Positions 47,079 through 57,146 of a DNA stretch of 64,000 nt are shown piece by piece. The stretch is from Candidatus Woykebacteria bacterium. GTDB lineage: Bacteria; Patescibacteriota; Microgenomatia; Woykebacterales; RBG-16-39-9b. The notes under the pieces were generated by a model. It was not told the DNA's origin and did no database searches. It saw nothing but the letters and a program-made list of their open reading frames with translations. The stretch's first letter is position 1. Each line of letters begins with the position of its first letter. The stretch spans positions 170,510 through 234,509 of the forward strand of contig JBBDPN010000002.1 of NCBI GenBank assembly GCA_040876265.1, read 5' to 3'. The position numbers were made by a program, and so were the translations under genes.

Positions 47079-47879
47079 CAAATACAGGCAGAAAATTACA
47101 ATCTTTTCGCCAACTTAGTAGATCAAGCTAAAAATATTATTGTTTTGGCAGATAAAAACCAAACCGCGGACTTATTGTACGCCGCTTTATTTTTTGAAAG
47201 CCATTTAGCTACTTTTGGTAAGAACGTTCAAATTGTAGCGGGAGCAAAACTGCCTGAAGACTTCCGTCAGTTTGAAACTAAGGTCAAATACAAAATTGAG
47301 CCTAAAAAGTTGGTGGTTTCTTTAAACTGGCGTAAAAATGCAGTCGACAAAGTCTCTTACAATCTGGATGGAGAATATTTTAATTTCGTCGTCACCCCGA
47401 GGAACGCAAATATAAAACCTGAGGATATAAAAGTTTTCCAAAAAGGTAGCGATGTTGATCTCATCGTCGCTCTTGGTGTAGATTCATTGTCAAGCCTCAC
47501 TGCTACCGAGAGAGACTATATAAGAGATAAAGACGTAGTGAATATCGACATCAAGAGCCAAAACCAACTGTTTGGCCGACTTAATATAGTAAATGAAGCG
47601 GCGGATAGTGTTTGTGGCGTGATAGCTGATCTTATTGAAAAAACAGGTATGCAGTCTCCGCCCTCCTCAATAGATTTCCTGCTGCGAGGTATAAGAGAAG
47701 CTACTGAAAATTTTTCTCGAGTAAACGACCCAACTACCTTTGAAGCAGCCGCCTTTTGTACGAAGGTTAAAAAAGGACAAACATTGGGAAGAAAATTTGA
47801 AATAAGACAAGAAAAGTTTGACGCGCCAGCCGAGTGGCTTACTCCAAAAGTTTTTCGGTCAAAAAATCCAACCTCTTAA
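47079..47879 (+). CDS. DHH/NrnA-like phosphoesterase homolog lacking the DHH catalytic motif
   Basis: Layout resembles NrnA-like DHH-DHHA1 proteins found downstream of infB. No DHH triad is visible. The start is uncertain (ATG at 47079; the ORF is open from 47019). Confidence 0.3.
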   Translation, partial: QIQAENYNLFANLVDQAKNIIVLADKNQTADLLYAALFFESHLATFGKNVQIVAGAKLPEDFRQFETKVKYKIEPKKLVVSLNWRKNAVDKVSYNLDGEYFNFVVTPRNANIKPEDIKVFQKGSDVDLIVALGVDSLSSLTATERDYIRDKDVVNIDIKSQNQLFGRLNIVNEAADSVCGVIADLIEKTGMQSPPSSIDFLLRGIREATENFSRVNDPTTFEAAAFCTKVKKGQTLGRKFEIRQEKFDAPAEWLTPKVFRSKNPTS

Positions 47880-47993
47880 ATTTATTGAAGCTTAGGTTCG
47901 ATTTTGTTATACTTGAATTACTTTTTATTTCCTGCTCGTACGAATATAAACTAAACGACTGCTAAAACGCGGTCTAAGTTGCAATTAAAACCG

Positions 47994-48263
47994 ATGGCAT
48001 TAGAAACTGAAGAGAAGAAAAAAATACTAAAAGAATTTGCTCAACATGAAGGCGATACAGGCAGTCCTGAAGTACAGATCGCTCTTCTTAGCGAGAGAAT
48101 TAAAAGATTGTCCGATCACTTAAAGGGGCATAAGCAGGATATCCATTCAAGGCGTGGTCTGCTCCAAATGATTAACAAAAGACGCCGAATCTTAATATAC
48201 TTAACCAGAAAGGACCCAGACAGGTACAAGAGCATAGTTCAAAAACTTGGATTGAGTAAGTAA
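47994..48263 (+). CDS. rpsO: 30S ribosomal protein S15
   Basis: [27 protein letters not shown] ... [15 protein letters not shown]. Confidence 0.85.
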   Translation: MALETEEKKKILKEFAQHEGDTGSPEVQIALLSERIKRLSDHLKGHKQDIHSRRGLLQMINKRRRILIYLTRKDPDRYKSIVQKLGLSK

Positions 48264-48446
48264 CACTCGTTGGCCACCACTAACGTCAACGTAGGGTGGA
48301 TTGGTTCTTGCACACTTGTAGTACAATGTAATAATTGTGGTTGAGAGATAGAAATGATAGGGGACCGGTGATTAGCAATCAGATATGTTCGCAATTGGTT
48401 GCAGGTCACAGCTCCCCAATCAATCTCCAACTGCAGCTGATATTTC

Positions 48447-50537
48447 ATGACTAAAAAACCAAAACTAATAAAAAAAGAAATAAATTGGGGTGGTAGGACA
48501 CTCTCATTTGAACGTGGAAGAATTGCTAACCAAGCAGATAGTGGTATTTTAGGCCGCTACGGAGATACTATGGTTCTAGCCACTGTGGTTTCCGCTCCTC
48601 CCCGCGAAGATCTTGATTACTTTCCTCTTTCGGTCGATTATGAAGAGAGGCTTTATGCGTCGGGTCGTATATCAACCTCGAGGTTTATCAAAAGAGAAGG
48701 CAGACCGACCGATGAAGCCATTTTAAACGGGAGATTGATAGATCGTTCTATCCGTCCCCTCTTTCCTAAAGATTATTATAATGAAGTTCAGGTTATCATA
48801 ACCATCCTTTCTTACGATCAGGAAAACGATCCTGATATTGTGTCGCTTCTCTCCACAAGTGCGGCTCTGGTTACATCACCTATCCCTTGGGGTGGGCCGG
48901 TGGTTGGAGTCCGTGTCGGTTACAGGGATGGAGAGTTTATTTTGAACCCAACCAAAAGCGATGAGTCTTTTTCGGATCTGTCCCTTACCGTATCGTTCAA
49001 TCGGGAAAAGGTAGTCATGATAGAAGGAGGTTCTAGAGAAATTTCAGAAGAGATAGTTTTAGGCGCGATTGATTTTGCCAGGGAACAAGTAAAGGCAGTT
49101 TTTGAGCTCTTTGACCTACTTCAGAAAGAGGCCGGTGTAGAAAAAGAGATTGGAAACGAAGAGGACAGTTCAAAGGAGCTAAAGAAGCAAGTTACAGATT
49201 ATATCAAGAAAAATTTCGAAAAAGATCTTTTTGACCCTGAAAAAAGTGCTCGGGAGAGTTTATCTGACGAAATGAAAGAGGAACTCTATAAGAAATTCGA
49301 AGGTAAACTCCCAAAGACCGAAATGAGTAAGCTGTTTGATAACATGGTGAAACAATTTGTGCGGGAGCAGATTGTGGAAAAACACCACCGCCCAGATGGT
49401 AGGAATTTAACCGACGTTCGGGAGTTGGAAATTGAAACAGGTATTCTCCCCCGGACCCACGGCTCGGCAATTTTTCGTAGAGGCGACACCCAAGTTCTAA
49501 CCGTAGCAACACTTGGTTCCACTTCCCTAGAGCAGTTGATCGAAGGAATGGAAGGCGAAGCTACGAAGCGCTACATGCACCATTATGAATTTCCTCCGTT
49601 TTCAACCGGAGAAGTAGGTCGGGTCGGACCCCCAAACAGGCGAGAAATTGGTCACGGCGCACTAGCCGAGAAAGCGCTCTTGCCGGTTATACCTGAAGAA
49701 GATAAATTCCCCTACACTGTCAGACTCGTTTCCGAGGTCCTTTCCTCATCTGGATCTACCTCTATGGCAGCCACTTGCGGCTCAACATTGGCCTTGATGG
49801 ACGCTGGTGCCCCGATAGCCTCTCCAGTTTCTGGTGTAGCAATGGGTTTGGTGACTGAAGGCGAAAAATATAAAATTCTAACCGATATCCAGGCGTTAGA
49901 AGATTTTTATGGGGACATGGATTTTAAAATAGCTGGTTCCGAAAACGGTATCACCGCAATACAGCTGGATGTAAAAATAGACGGTCTAACCCCCAAGGTT
50001 TTATCCGAGACACTAAAGCAGGCTAAAGAAGGGAGATTATTTATTCTAGGTAAAATGTTGGAGGCCTTGCCAAAAGCAAGAACAGAAATCTCCAAATACG
50101 CACCCAAGGTATCAATGATCCACATACCGCCGAAAAAAATCGGTGAGGTTATAGGTTCTGGTGGAAAAACGATCAACCGGATCATAGAAGAAACTGGAGC
50201 GGCGATCGATATTGACGATGATGGTTCGGTAAGCGTGACTAGTAACAATGAAGAAGGACTCAAAAAGGCAGTAAAATGGATCCAGGCTCTTACCCACGAA
50301 GTCAAACCAGGCGAGGAATATATTGGTGAGGTGAAAAGGATAATGAATTTTGGAGCTTTTGTTGAAATTCTCCCTGGGAAAGAAGGGATGGTGCATATTT
50401 CTCAGCTTGCTCCATATCGGGTTGAGGATATAAATAAGGAAGTTAAAATAGGCCAGAAGCTAAAAGTAATGGTCAAGGAAATAGATTCACAAGGTAGGGT
50501 AAATTTAACTTGTAAGTTTCCGAAGCAGTCTGAATGA
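48447..50537 (+). CDS. pnp: polynucleotide phosphorylase
   Basis: Two RNase PH domains, then KH and S1 domains. 696 aa. Confidence 0.9.
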   Translation: MTKKPKLIKKEINWGGRTLSFERGRIANQADSGILGRYGDTMVLATVVSAPPREDLDYFPLSVDYEERLYASGRISTSRFIKREGRPTDEAILNGRLIDRSIRPLFPKDYYNEVQVIITILSYDQENDPDIVSLLSTSAALVTSPIPWGGPVVGVRVGYRDGEFILNPTKSDESFSDLSLTVSFNREKVVMIEGGSREISEEIVLGAIDFAREQVKAVFELFDLLQKEAGVEKEIGNEEDSSKELKKQVTDYIKKNFEKDLFDPEKSARESLSDEMKEELYKKFEGKLPKTEMSKLFDNMVKQFVREQIVEKHHRPDGRNLTDVRELEIETGILPRTHGSAIFRRGDTQVLTVATLGSTSLEQLIEGMEGEATKRYMHHYEFPPFSTGEVGRVGPPNRREIGHGALAEKALLPVIPEEDKFPYTVRLVSEVLSSSGSTSMAATCGSTLALMDAGAPIASPVSGVAMGLVTEGEKYKILTDIQALEDFYGDMDFKIAGSENGITAIQLDVKIDGLTPKVLSETLKQAKEGRLFILGKMLEALPKARTEISKYAPKVSMIHIPPKKIGEVIGSGGKTINRIIEETGAAIDIDDDGSVSVTSNNEEGLKKAVKWIQALTHEVKPGEEYIGEVKRIMNFGAFVEILPGKEGMVHISQLAPYRVEDINKEVKIGQKLKVMVKEIDSQGRVNLTCKFPKQSE

Positions 50538-51148
50538 GTCAAACAAGCCAATTAACAGATCTCGCCGCTGCGATTGAAATCTGTAAGCGTTGCGATCTTT
50601 ATAAATCCGCTACCCATGCTGTTCCCGGGGAGGGAAACTTTGAAACAAAGGTAGTGTTTATTGGCGAGGCTCCGGGATTTCATGAAGATGTCCAAGGCCG
50701 ACCTTTTGTAGGAAATGCAGGTAAGTTGTTAAATTTGCTTTTGACGAAAGTTGGATTGAGACGCGAAGATGTTTTTATCACCAACGTTATCAAACACCGA
50801 CCCCCAGAAAATCGAGATCCGGCTCCGTCAGAAATAGCCGCGTGCACCTTTTGGTTGGAACAACAACTAGCAGTAATTTCTCCGAAGCTGGTAGTTACAC
50901 TGGGTAAATGGAGCTTGAATTATTTTTTACCGAATAAAAAAATTTCTGATGTCCATGGCAAAGTTTTTAGAGTTGGAGGAAGAACAATCTTGCCTATGTA
51001 CCATCCTGCAGCGGCACTACGCAGCGGTAAAATTGGTCAGGATCTCGAGAATGATTTTTTGAAAAATAAAGATTTATTACAAAACCCGGATAAACCTCTC
51101 GATTTGGGAGAAACAAAAAGCGAAGAAGGACAAGGTAGTCTATTTTAA
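50534..51148 (+). CDS. uracil-DNA glycosylase, family 4
   Basis: GEGNFETKVVFIGEAPGFHEDVQGRPFVGNAGKLL family-4 UDG signature. Start overlaps the pnp stop. Confidence 0.8.
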   Translation: MSQTSQLTDLAAAIEICKRCDLYKSATHAVPGEGNFETKVVFIGEAPGFHEDVQGRPFVGNAGKLLNLLLTKVGLRREDVFITNVIKHRPPENRDPAPSEIAACTFWLEQQLAVISPKLVVTLGKWSLNYFLPNKKISDVHGKVFRVGGRTILPMYHPAAALRSGKIGQDLENDFLKNKDLLQNPDKPLDLGETKSEEGQGSLF

Positions 51149-51149
51149 T

Positions 51150-52832
51150 ATGAGTAACGGAAGCAAACTCAATATGGAAGCAAAAAAACTACGCTTTATA
51201 CCGCTTGGGGGTAATGGTCAGGTTACTAAAAACATGTTCGTTTATGAATATGGACAAGATATTATTTTAGTTGACTGCGGTATGGGGTTCCCGACAGAAA
51301 TGCTTTACGGAGTCGATATGGTGATCCCTGATGTGTCTTATTTAAATGATCGGCGGGATAGGATAAGAGGCTATTTCATTACTCACGGTCATGAAGATCA
51401 TATTGGTGCCCTGCCTTACATCATTGACAAAGTCACCGCGCCAATTTACGCCACCAAACTTACAGCGGGACTAATCAAGGTGCGATTGAAAGAAGCGGGG
51501 AAACTGTCGACAACTACTTTTATTGAGCTAGAACCCAGAAAAAAGTATCAGCTAGGCAATTTTACAGTCGAGCCCATCAGAGTTAGCCATTCTATCCCCG
51601 ATTCTGTTTGTTTTGCCATCACCACTCCACTAGGAACCACGATCCACACCGGTGATTTCAAGTTTGATCCCTCCCCAGTGGATGGTCGTACTACCGATAG
51701 CGAGACCCTATCTTCGTATGGTAATCGCGGAGTGCTGGCCTTGATGAGTGACTGTCTGCGAAGTGAAAAACCTGGCTCAACTCTATCAGAAAATACAATC
51801 CGTCAGAGATTTGATGAAGCGATGAAAGAGGCGTCTGGTAGGGTAATCATCACAACATTTTCTTCCAATGTTTCCAGATTGCAGCAAGCGGTGGATGCTA
51901 GTATGAGTCATGGTCGTAAGGTGGTAATTGTTGGTAGAAGCATGGAACAAAATGCTCAAGTGGCCACAGAACTGGGGTACTTAAAAATTCCTTCGGATAT
52001 TTTAGTTAAGCCTGAAAAGAGTAGAAATCTTCCGGACAAAAACGTCACCTTGATCGTAGCTGGTAGCCAGGGTCAGCCAGGTAGCGCTCTTTCCAGAATT
52101 GCGTCCGGCGAGCACAAGTATTTCTCGATAAAAAATGGGGACTTAATTATTTTTTCAGCCGATCCCATTCCGGGTAATCAAGACGCAGTGTATGAAATGG
52201 TAGATAATTTATCACGTATGGGCGCTGCCGTGAAATATTCTGATATCACAAGTGATTTCCATGTTTCCGGTCACGGGTCTCAAAACGAGCTTCTAATGAT
52301 GCTTTCTCTCACCCGCCCAAAATATTTGGTACCAGTTTCAGCGATGTACCGACAAATGAGACAGTTTGTTGAAATTGCAAAAGCTTCCGGCAACCCTCCG
52401 AAACAAAGTTTTATTGTTGATGAAGGCGAAATAATAGAGTTTGACCAAAACGGGGCTCGGGTTAATGGGGAAGTAGAAACCACAAATATATTTGTAGATG
52501 GGATCGGTGTTGGGGACGTGGGGTCTATCGTTTTGCGCGACCGTAAAACTTTGGCGGAGGAAGGCATTGTGGTAGTTATTGTCACGGTAAAAAAGAAAAC
52601 AGGCGCTCTCTTGGAAAAACCAGAAATAATCTCGCGAGGGTTTGTTTATATGAAAGAAAGCATCCAACTGATAAGAGAATCTCAAAATGTAGTGACAAAG
52701 ACGATAAAGAAAAATGGAAAGGTGAAAAACTGGCTGTCGGTAAGGGAGAAAATTACTTCAGATCTGGAGCGTTTTCTTTTCAAAAAAACCGCCCGCCGCC
52801 CCATGGTCCTCCCCGTCATCGTCGATGTTTAA
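51150..52832 (+). CDS. rnj: ribonuclease J (metallo-beta-lactamase/beta-CASP)
   Basis: HGHEDHIGA motif, beta-CASP region and C-terminal domain. 560 aa. Confidence 0.85.
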   Translation: MSNGSKLNMEAKKLRFIPLGGNGQVTKNMFVYEYGQDIILVDCGMGFPTEMLYGVDMVIPDVSYLNDRRDRIRGYFITHGHEDHIGALPYIIDKVTAPIYATKLTAGLIKVRLKEAGKLSTTTFIELEPRKKYQLGNFTVEPIRVSHSIPDSVCFAITTPLGTTIHTGDFKFDPSPVDGRTTDSETLSSYGNRGVLALMSDCLRSEKPGSTLSENTIRQRFDEAMKEASGRVIITTFSSNVSRLQQAVDASMSHGRKVVIVGRSMEQNAQVATELGYLKIPSDILVKPEKSRNLPDKNVTLIVAGSQGQPGSALSRIASGEHKYFSIKNGDLIIFSADPIPGNQDAVYEMVDNLSRMGAAVKYSDITSDFHVSGHGSQNELLMMLSLTRPKYLVPVSAMYRQMRQFVEIAKASGNPPKQSFIVDEGEIIEFDQNGARVNGEVETTNIFVDGIGVGDVGSIVLRDRKTLAEEGIVVVIVTVKKKTGALLEKPEIISRGFVYMKESIQLIRESQNVVTKTIKKNGKVKNWLSVREKITSDLERFLFKKTARRPMVLPVIVDV

Positions 52833-52892
52833 TTTAACACCCTTGATTATTCAACGAAAGCAAAAGTCAACCTCATTTGTTATGATTGGGCT

Positions 52893-53411
52893 ATGAAACT
52901 TCTGCTTACCATAAAAGAGCAGGATATTTTTGCTTCATCTCCAAATACAGATTCAAAAGACTTTAGAAGTAGGCGCGCTGCTAGGGTAGTTGTTCTAGAC
53001 AGCCAAGGCCATGCTGCTTTACTTAAAGTAAATCGCTACAAATATCATAAATTGCCAGGTGGTGGTGTTGAGAGAGGTGAAGATTTCGAGAGAGCTCTTA
53101 AAAGAGAGTTACTAGAAGAAATAGGCTGTGAGGTTGAAATCCTTGATGAAGTTGGGCAAATTGTTGAGTATCGAGGCCGACCAAAGTTGAGACAAACTTC
53201 TTATTGCTTTTTGGCGAGGCAGATTGGCAAACAACACCCGTCCTCCTTTACTGAAGTCGAACTAGGGGGGGGATTTGAAGTTGAGTGGGTTGAAGGTATA
53301 GTTGGGGCGATTAAAATTTTGGCGCAAGATCAACCGCAAAACTATGAGGGTAAGTTTATCCAACGCAGGGACATAGAGTTCCTGAGAGCCGCCAAAAAGT
53401 TAAGTTATTAA
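52893..53411 (+). CDS. Nudix hydrolase
   Basis: Nudix box GGGVERGEDFERALKRELLEEIGCEV. Confidence 0.8.
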   Translation: MKLLLTIKEQDIFASSPNTDSKDFRSRRAARVVVLDSQGHAALLKVNRYKYHKLPGGGVERGEDFERALKRELLEEIGCEVEILDEVGQIVEYRGRPKLRQTSYCFLARQIGKQHPSSFTEVELGGGFEVEWVEGIVGAIKILAQDQPQNYEGKFIQRRDIEFLRAAKKLSY

Positions 53412-53471
53412 TTCGAACCCTCGCAGTTTGCTTGAAACCTAGAGTAATTGAGGGTATAATTAAGCCTACCA

Positions 53472-55547
53472 ATGCCCAGAAGGAGAAAGTATTTCAAAAA
53501 CCTGCTCAAGGTCAATCTTAAGAAAAAGACCGTTACTAGCTTAGCCGGACTTGGGTTCATACTAGCGGCTGGTATTTTATTACTTTCAATACTTAACGTT
53601 TCGGCTCCCGTTGCTTTTATCGCAGACCAGGTTTATAGATTTATAGGCTTTATTACACCGCTTCTTATTTTGGGGTTTACCATTACCGGGTTATATTTAC
53701 TAAGGGTTCGCCCATCGATGATAAACGCCAATATGGTAGTTGGTTCTTACCTCTTTTTACTCTCGGTTCTCTCTATAGGATCAATTTTCTCCTCTAGTAG
53801 CGGTGGCGTGGTAGGATCATTTATCACCGAAGTGTTATCAAGCTTACTTTCAACCCCGGGGACTTTATTTGTTTTTGTAGTATTACTTTTTGTTTCAATC
53901 GTGGTATTTTTCAACACTTCCCTGGAGACAGCGTTTAGCTTCTCAAGTCAAGCAATTACAGCAACGGTCACCTATGTAAAGGACCTTTGGTCCAAGAAAG
54001 GAGAAAAGGAAGAGAAAGAACCGATCTTTGCTACCAAAGGTATGGACGGTCCCCAAAGAACAGCGGAAAAAGACATGCCCCTGATGCCAAGTGAGCCGGT
54101 GACCAATCTTCGTGGCGATCAGGTTTGGGAATACCCACCGTACACATTGTTAAGTGATAATCTAGGGTCAAAAGCTAACCGAGGCGACGTGAAACAAAAC
54201 GCGGCGATAATCGAAAGGACTTTGGAAAACTTTGGCATCCGCGCCAAAGTAGCTGAAGTTAATATGGGCCCGGCGGTAACACAATACGCGCTAGAAATAG
54301 CTCTCGGAACGAAATTAACAAAAATCACCGCTCTGGCAAATGACATTGCTTTGGCTCTTTCTTCGCCAAACGGTATGGTAAGGATAGAAGCTCCGATACC
54401 GGGTAAATCGCTGGTAGGAATTGAAGTACCAAACATCACCCCGGAGATAGTCGCTCTCAAGTCCATTCTTAGCGCTTCCCAGATGCGAAATTCAAAATCG
54501 AAACTTTCGCTTGGTTTAGGACTAGACGTCTCCGGAACGTCTGTAGTTAGAGATCTGGGGGCTATGCCTCATATGCTTGTAGCTGGTTCGACCGGTTCGG
54601 GTAAGAGTGTAGCCATAAACGCGTTTATATCGACACTACTCTTCAGAGCAACACCAGAGGAAGTCAAATTTATTCTGGTGGATCCCAAAATGGTTGAGCT
54701 TTCTAATTGGAATAATATTCCCCACCTTCTGACGCCGGTGATCACCGAGCCAGAAAAAGTCCTCTCGGCTCTAAAATGGACACTGTCTGAAATGGAAAAA
54801 AGGTATAAATTGTTTAAAGAGGTGAGTGTAAGAAATATTGATGGGTACAATGAAGCCGCTGGGTTTCAGTCTCTGCCATACATCGTTTTAGTTATTGATG
54901 AATTTGCCCACCTAATGCATTTTGCTCCCGTGGAAGTCGAAGACGCCATTACAAAACTAGCTCAAATGTCCCGTGCCACCGGTATTCACATGATTTTGGC
55001 AACTCAAAGACCAAGTGTTGACGTAATTACCGGACTGATAAAAGCCAATATCCCGTGCCGAATTGCTTTCAACGTAGCTAGTAGGGTTGACTCACAGGTT
55101 GTTCTTGACCAACCAGGAGCAGAAAGATTGCTTGGGCGGGGAGACATGCTTTTCGTCCCACCGGATGCATCAAAGCCACAAAGACTGCAGGGGGTTTATG
55201 TTTCAGATGCAGAAATAAAAAAACTGACCGAATTTATTACCAAGAGCGGAGTAGAGCCTCAATATACTGAAGAGATTACCACTATGCCCGTAGCCAAACT
55301 AACTGGTACGCCCGGCGGGCAAGATGAGCTTTTCGGAGAAGCAGTAATTGCCGTCACCCAATATGACCGGGCCAGCGCTTCTCTCTTGCAAAGAAAATTG
55401 AGGATCGGTTATGCACGCGCAGCCAGACTTTTGGACGAGCTTGAAGCCGCTGGAGTGGTTGGTATGTCAGATGGTAGTAAACCACGAGATGTTTTGGTAA
55501 AAGACCCAAGTAGAGTATTAAATACCCAGGAAGAGCAAACAGAATAA
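53472..55547 (+). CDS. ftsK: DNA translocase FtsK/SpoIIIE
   Basis: N-terminal TM helices. Motor domain with Walker A GSTGSGKSV. C-terminal gamma wHTH. Promoter TTGAAA-N17-TATAAT just upstream. Confidence 0.85.
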   Translation: MPRRRKYFKNLLKVNLKKKTVTSLAGLGFILAAGILLLSILNVSAPVAFIADQVYRFIGFITPLLILGFTITGLYLLRVRPSMINANMVVGSYLFLLSVLSIGSIFSSSSGGVVGSFITEVLSSLLSTPGTLFVFVVLLFVSIVVFFNTSLETAFSFSSQAITATVTYVKDLWSKKGEKEEKEPIFATKGMDGPQRTAEKDMPLMPSEPVTNLRGDQVWEYPPYTLLSDNLGSKANRGDVKQNAAIIERTLENFGIRAKVAEVNMGPAVTQYALEIALGTKLTKITALANDIALALSSPNGMVRIEAPIPGKSLVGIEVPNITPEIVALKSILSASQMRNSKSKLSLGLGLDVSGTSVVRDLGAMPHMLVAGSTGSGKSVAINAFISTLLFRATPEEVKFILVDPKMVELSNWNNIPHLLTPVITEPEKVLSALKWTLSEMEKRYKLFKEVSVRNIDGYNEAAGFQSLPYIVLVIDEFAHLMHFAPVEVEDAITKLAQMSRATGIHMILATQRPSVDVITGLIKANIPCRIAFNVASRVDSQVVLDQPGAERLLGRGDMLFVPPDASKPQRLQGVYVSDAEIKKLTEFITKSGVEPQYTEEITTMPVAKLTGTPGGQDELFGEAVIAVTQYDRASASLLQRKLRIGYARAARLLDELEAAGVVGMSDGSKPRDVLVKDPSRVLNTQEEQTE

Positions 55548-55554
55548 ATTTGAG

Positions 55555-56487
55555 TTGGCGGATACACCAACGAGCAAAGTTATGCGGACAGTAGGTGAAA
55601 TATTAATTGAAGCACGCGAAAAAAAGAACCTCTCTTTGGAGCAGGCGGAAAAAGATACAAGAATTCGGAAAAGCGTCCTAAAGCATCTCGAGGAAGGGAA
55701 TTGGAGTTCGTTAGCGCCCACCTACACAAAAGGCCTGTTAAAAAATTACGCAAATTACCTCGGACTCGACGAAAGAAGAGTCTTGGCCTTTTTCCGTAGA
55801 GAGTACGACGAGAAAAAACAGCTCCATCTACCCAAGAAAACTGAAAAGATACAACCAAAATTGCGTTTGTCACCACCCTTACTTACGGCCGCTCTTATCT
55901 CTGGGTTGGTGTTGATAGTCGGTCTGTATTTATTTTCTCAGTATAGATCATTTACCGCCGCGCCCTTCTTGGAGGTAGAGGAACCAAAAAACAATACGAA
56001 GATTTCTTCGGATGAAGTAAACGTGGTCGGGAAAACTTTAAACGACAGCATCCTAAAGGTTAACGGTGAGCAAGTCCAAGTCTCCCCTGGCGGCAGTTTT
56101 TCGATAACAGTCGGGTTGAGAGAAGGAGTAAATAGCTTGACTATTACATCTGCAAATCGCTTTGGGAAGATAACAACCGTGAAGAGAACCGTTGTGGCAG
56201 AAACTGGGGAGAAAGAGTCGAATAGTGGAGAGGAAGATGAGCCTTTAAACCTAGAACTGAAAATTGCGCGGCGATCGACATTTTTAACTATAGAAATCGA
56301 TGGCAAACCTACGTTTAAAGGCCTAATGCTGGCCGATAGCAAGAAAAAATTCCAAGCAGCGGAAAAAATAAAAATTATCGCCGAGGATGCCGGCTTAGTA
56401 TCGGTAAATTTTGGCGGAAAAGAATTTACCCTGGGTAAAGAAGGAGAAAAAGTAGAGAGAGAATTTACAAGGCTAGATCTTCCCTAG
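55555..56487 (+). CDS. rodZ: RodZ-like cytoskeleton protein (XRE HTH + TM + C-terminal domain)
   Basis: N-terminal HTH (VGEILIEAREKKNLSLEQAEKDT). Single TM. C-terminal beta-rich domain. Confidence 0.5.
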   Translation: MADTPTSKVMRTVGEILIEAREKKNLSLEQAEKDTRIRKSVLKHLEEGNWSSLAPTYTKGLLKNYANYLGLDERRVLAFFRREYDEKKQLHLPKKTEKIQPKLRLSPPLLTAALISGLVLIVGLYLFSQYRSFTAAPFLEVEEPKNNTKISSDEVNVVGKTLNDSILKVNGEQVQVSPGGSFSITVGLREGVNSLTITSANRFGKITTVKRTVVAETGEKESNSGEEDEPLNLELKIARRSTFLTIEIDGKPTFKGLMLADSKKKFQAAEKIKIIAEDAGLVSVNFGGKEFTLGKEGEKVEREFTRLDLP

Positions 56488-56555
56488 GCAAAAAACTCCC
56501 TTGCCAAAACCTCTGCGACCTGATATTCTGTGCCTACCTTAAACATAAGCTGCCT

Positions 56556-56849
56556 ATGGACACTACAACTTTTTTCTTAATAATAATTATTTTGGTCGCG
56601 ATAGTACTTATCGCGGTAGGAATCTACCTAATTTTGGTGCTTCATGAGGCTAGGATTACTCTTCGTCGCTTCAACAATATTTTAAATCACGCTGACACAA
56701 TAATAGAAATTCTCGATGAAAAAATCGCCAGACCCGCCGGCTCTTTATTTGGAGTCGTCGGTGTTGTCAAAGAAGTGATGGAAATTTTTCGCGATTTTAC
56801 TCGAAAGCAAAGAAGGAGTGATCATGACGGGTCAAAACACGAAGAATGA
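56556..56849 (+). CDS. small membrane-anchored coiled-coil protein (hypothetical)
   Basis: 97 aa with N-terminal TM. Confidence 0.3.
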   Translation: MDTTTFFLIIIILVAIVLIAVGIYLILVLHEARITLRRFNNILNHADTIIEILDEKIARPAGSLFGVVGVVKEVMEIFRDFTRKQRRSDHDGSKHEE

Positions 56850-57099
56850 ACATGAAGGACATTTTTATAAAGGTCTTTTCTTTGGCCTACTGATCGGTGT
56901 GGGGATGATTTGGTTTTTGAATAGTGAAGGTGGGAAAGATATTGTTCGTAGAGCCCGAAATAAAATAGATGAAGCGCTTACCTTTGAGCCTGGAATCGAG
57001 GATTATGATGAAGATATGGAAGATGACGCCAGGGCCGATAATGGTTCCAAAACTACCTCCAAAACCCCCAAACGGTTTTTCCAGAAAAAAACTAAGTAA
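56824..57099 (+). CDS. YtxH-like small membrane protein
   Basis: GLFFGLLIGVGMIWFLNSEGGKDIVRRARNKID resembles the YtxH family. Confidence 0.35.
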   Translation: MTGQNTKNEHEGHFYKGLFFGLLIGVGMIWFLNSEGGKDIVRRARNKIDEALTFEPGIEDYDEDMEDDARADNGSKTTSKTPKRFFQKKTK

Positions 57100-57146
57100 A
57101 CTCTTCGCGTGCTTGTTTCGCCTAAACGCGATATAATGATAAACCT

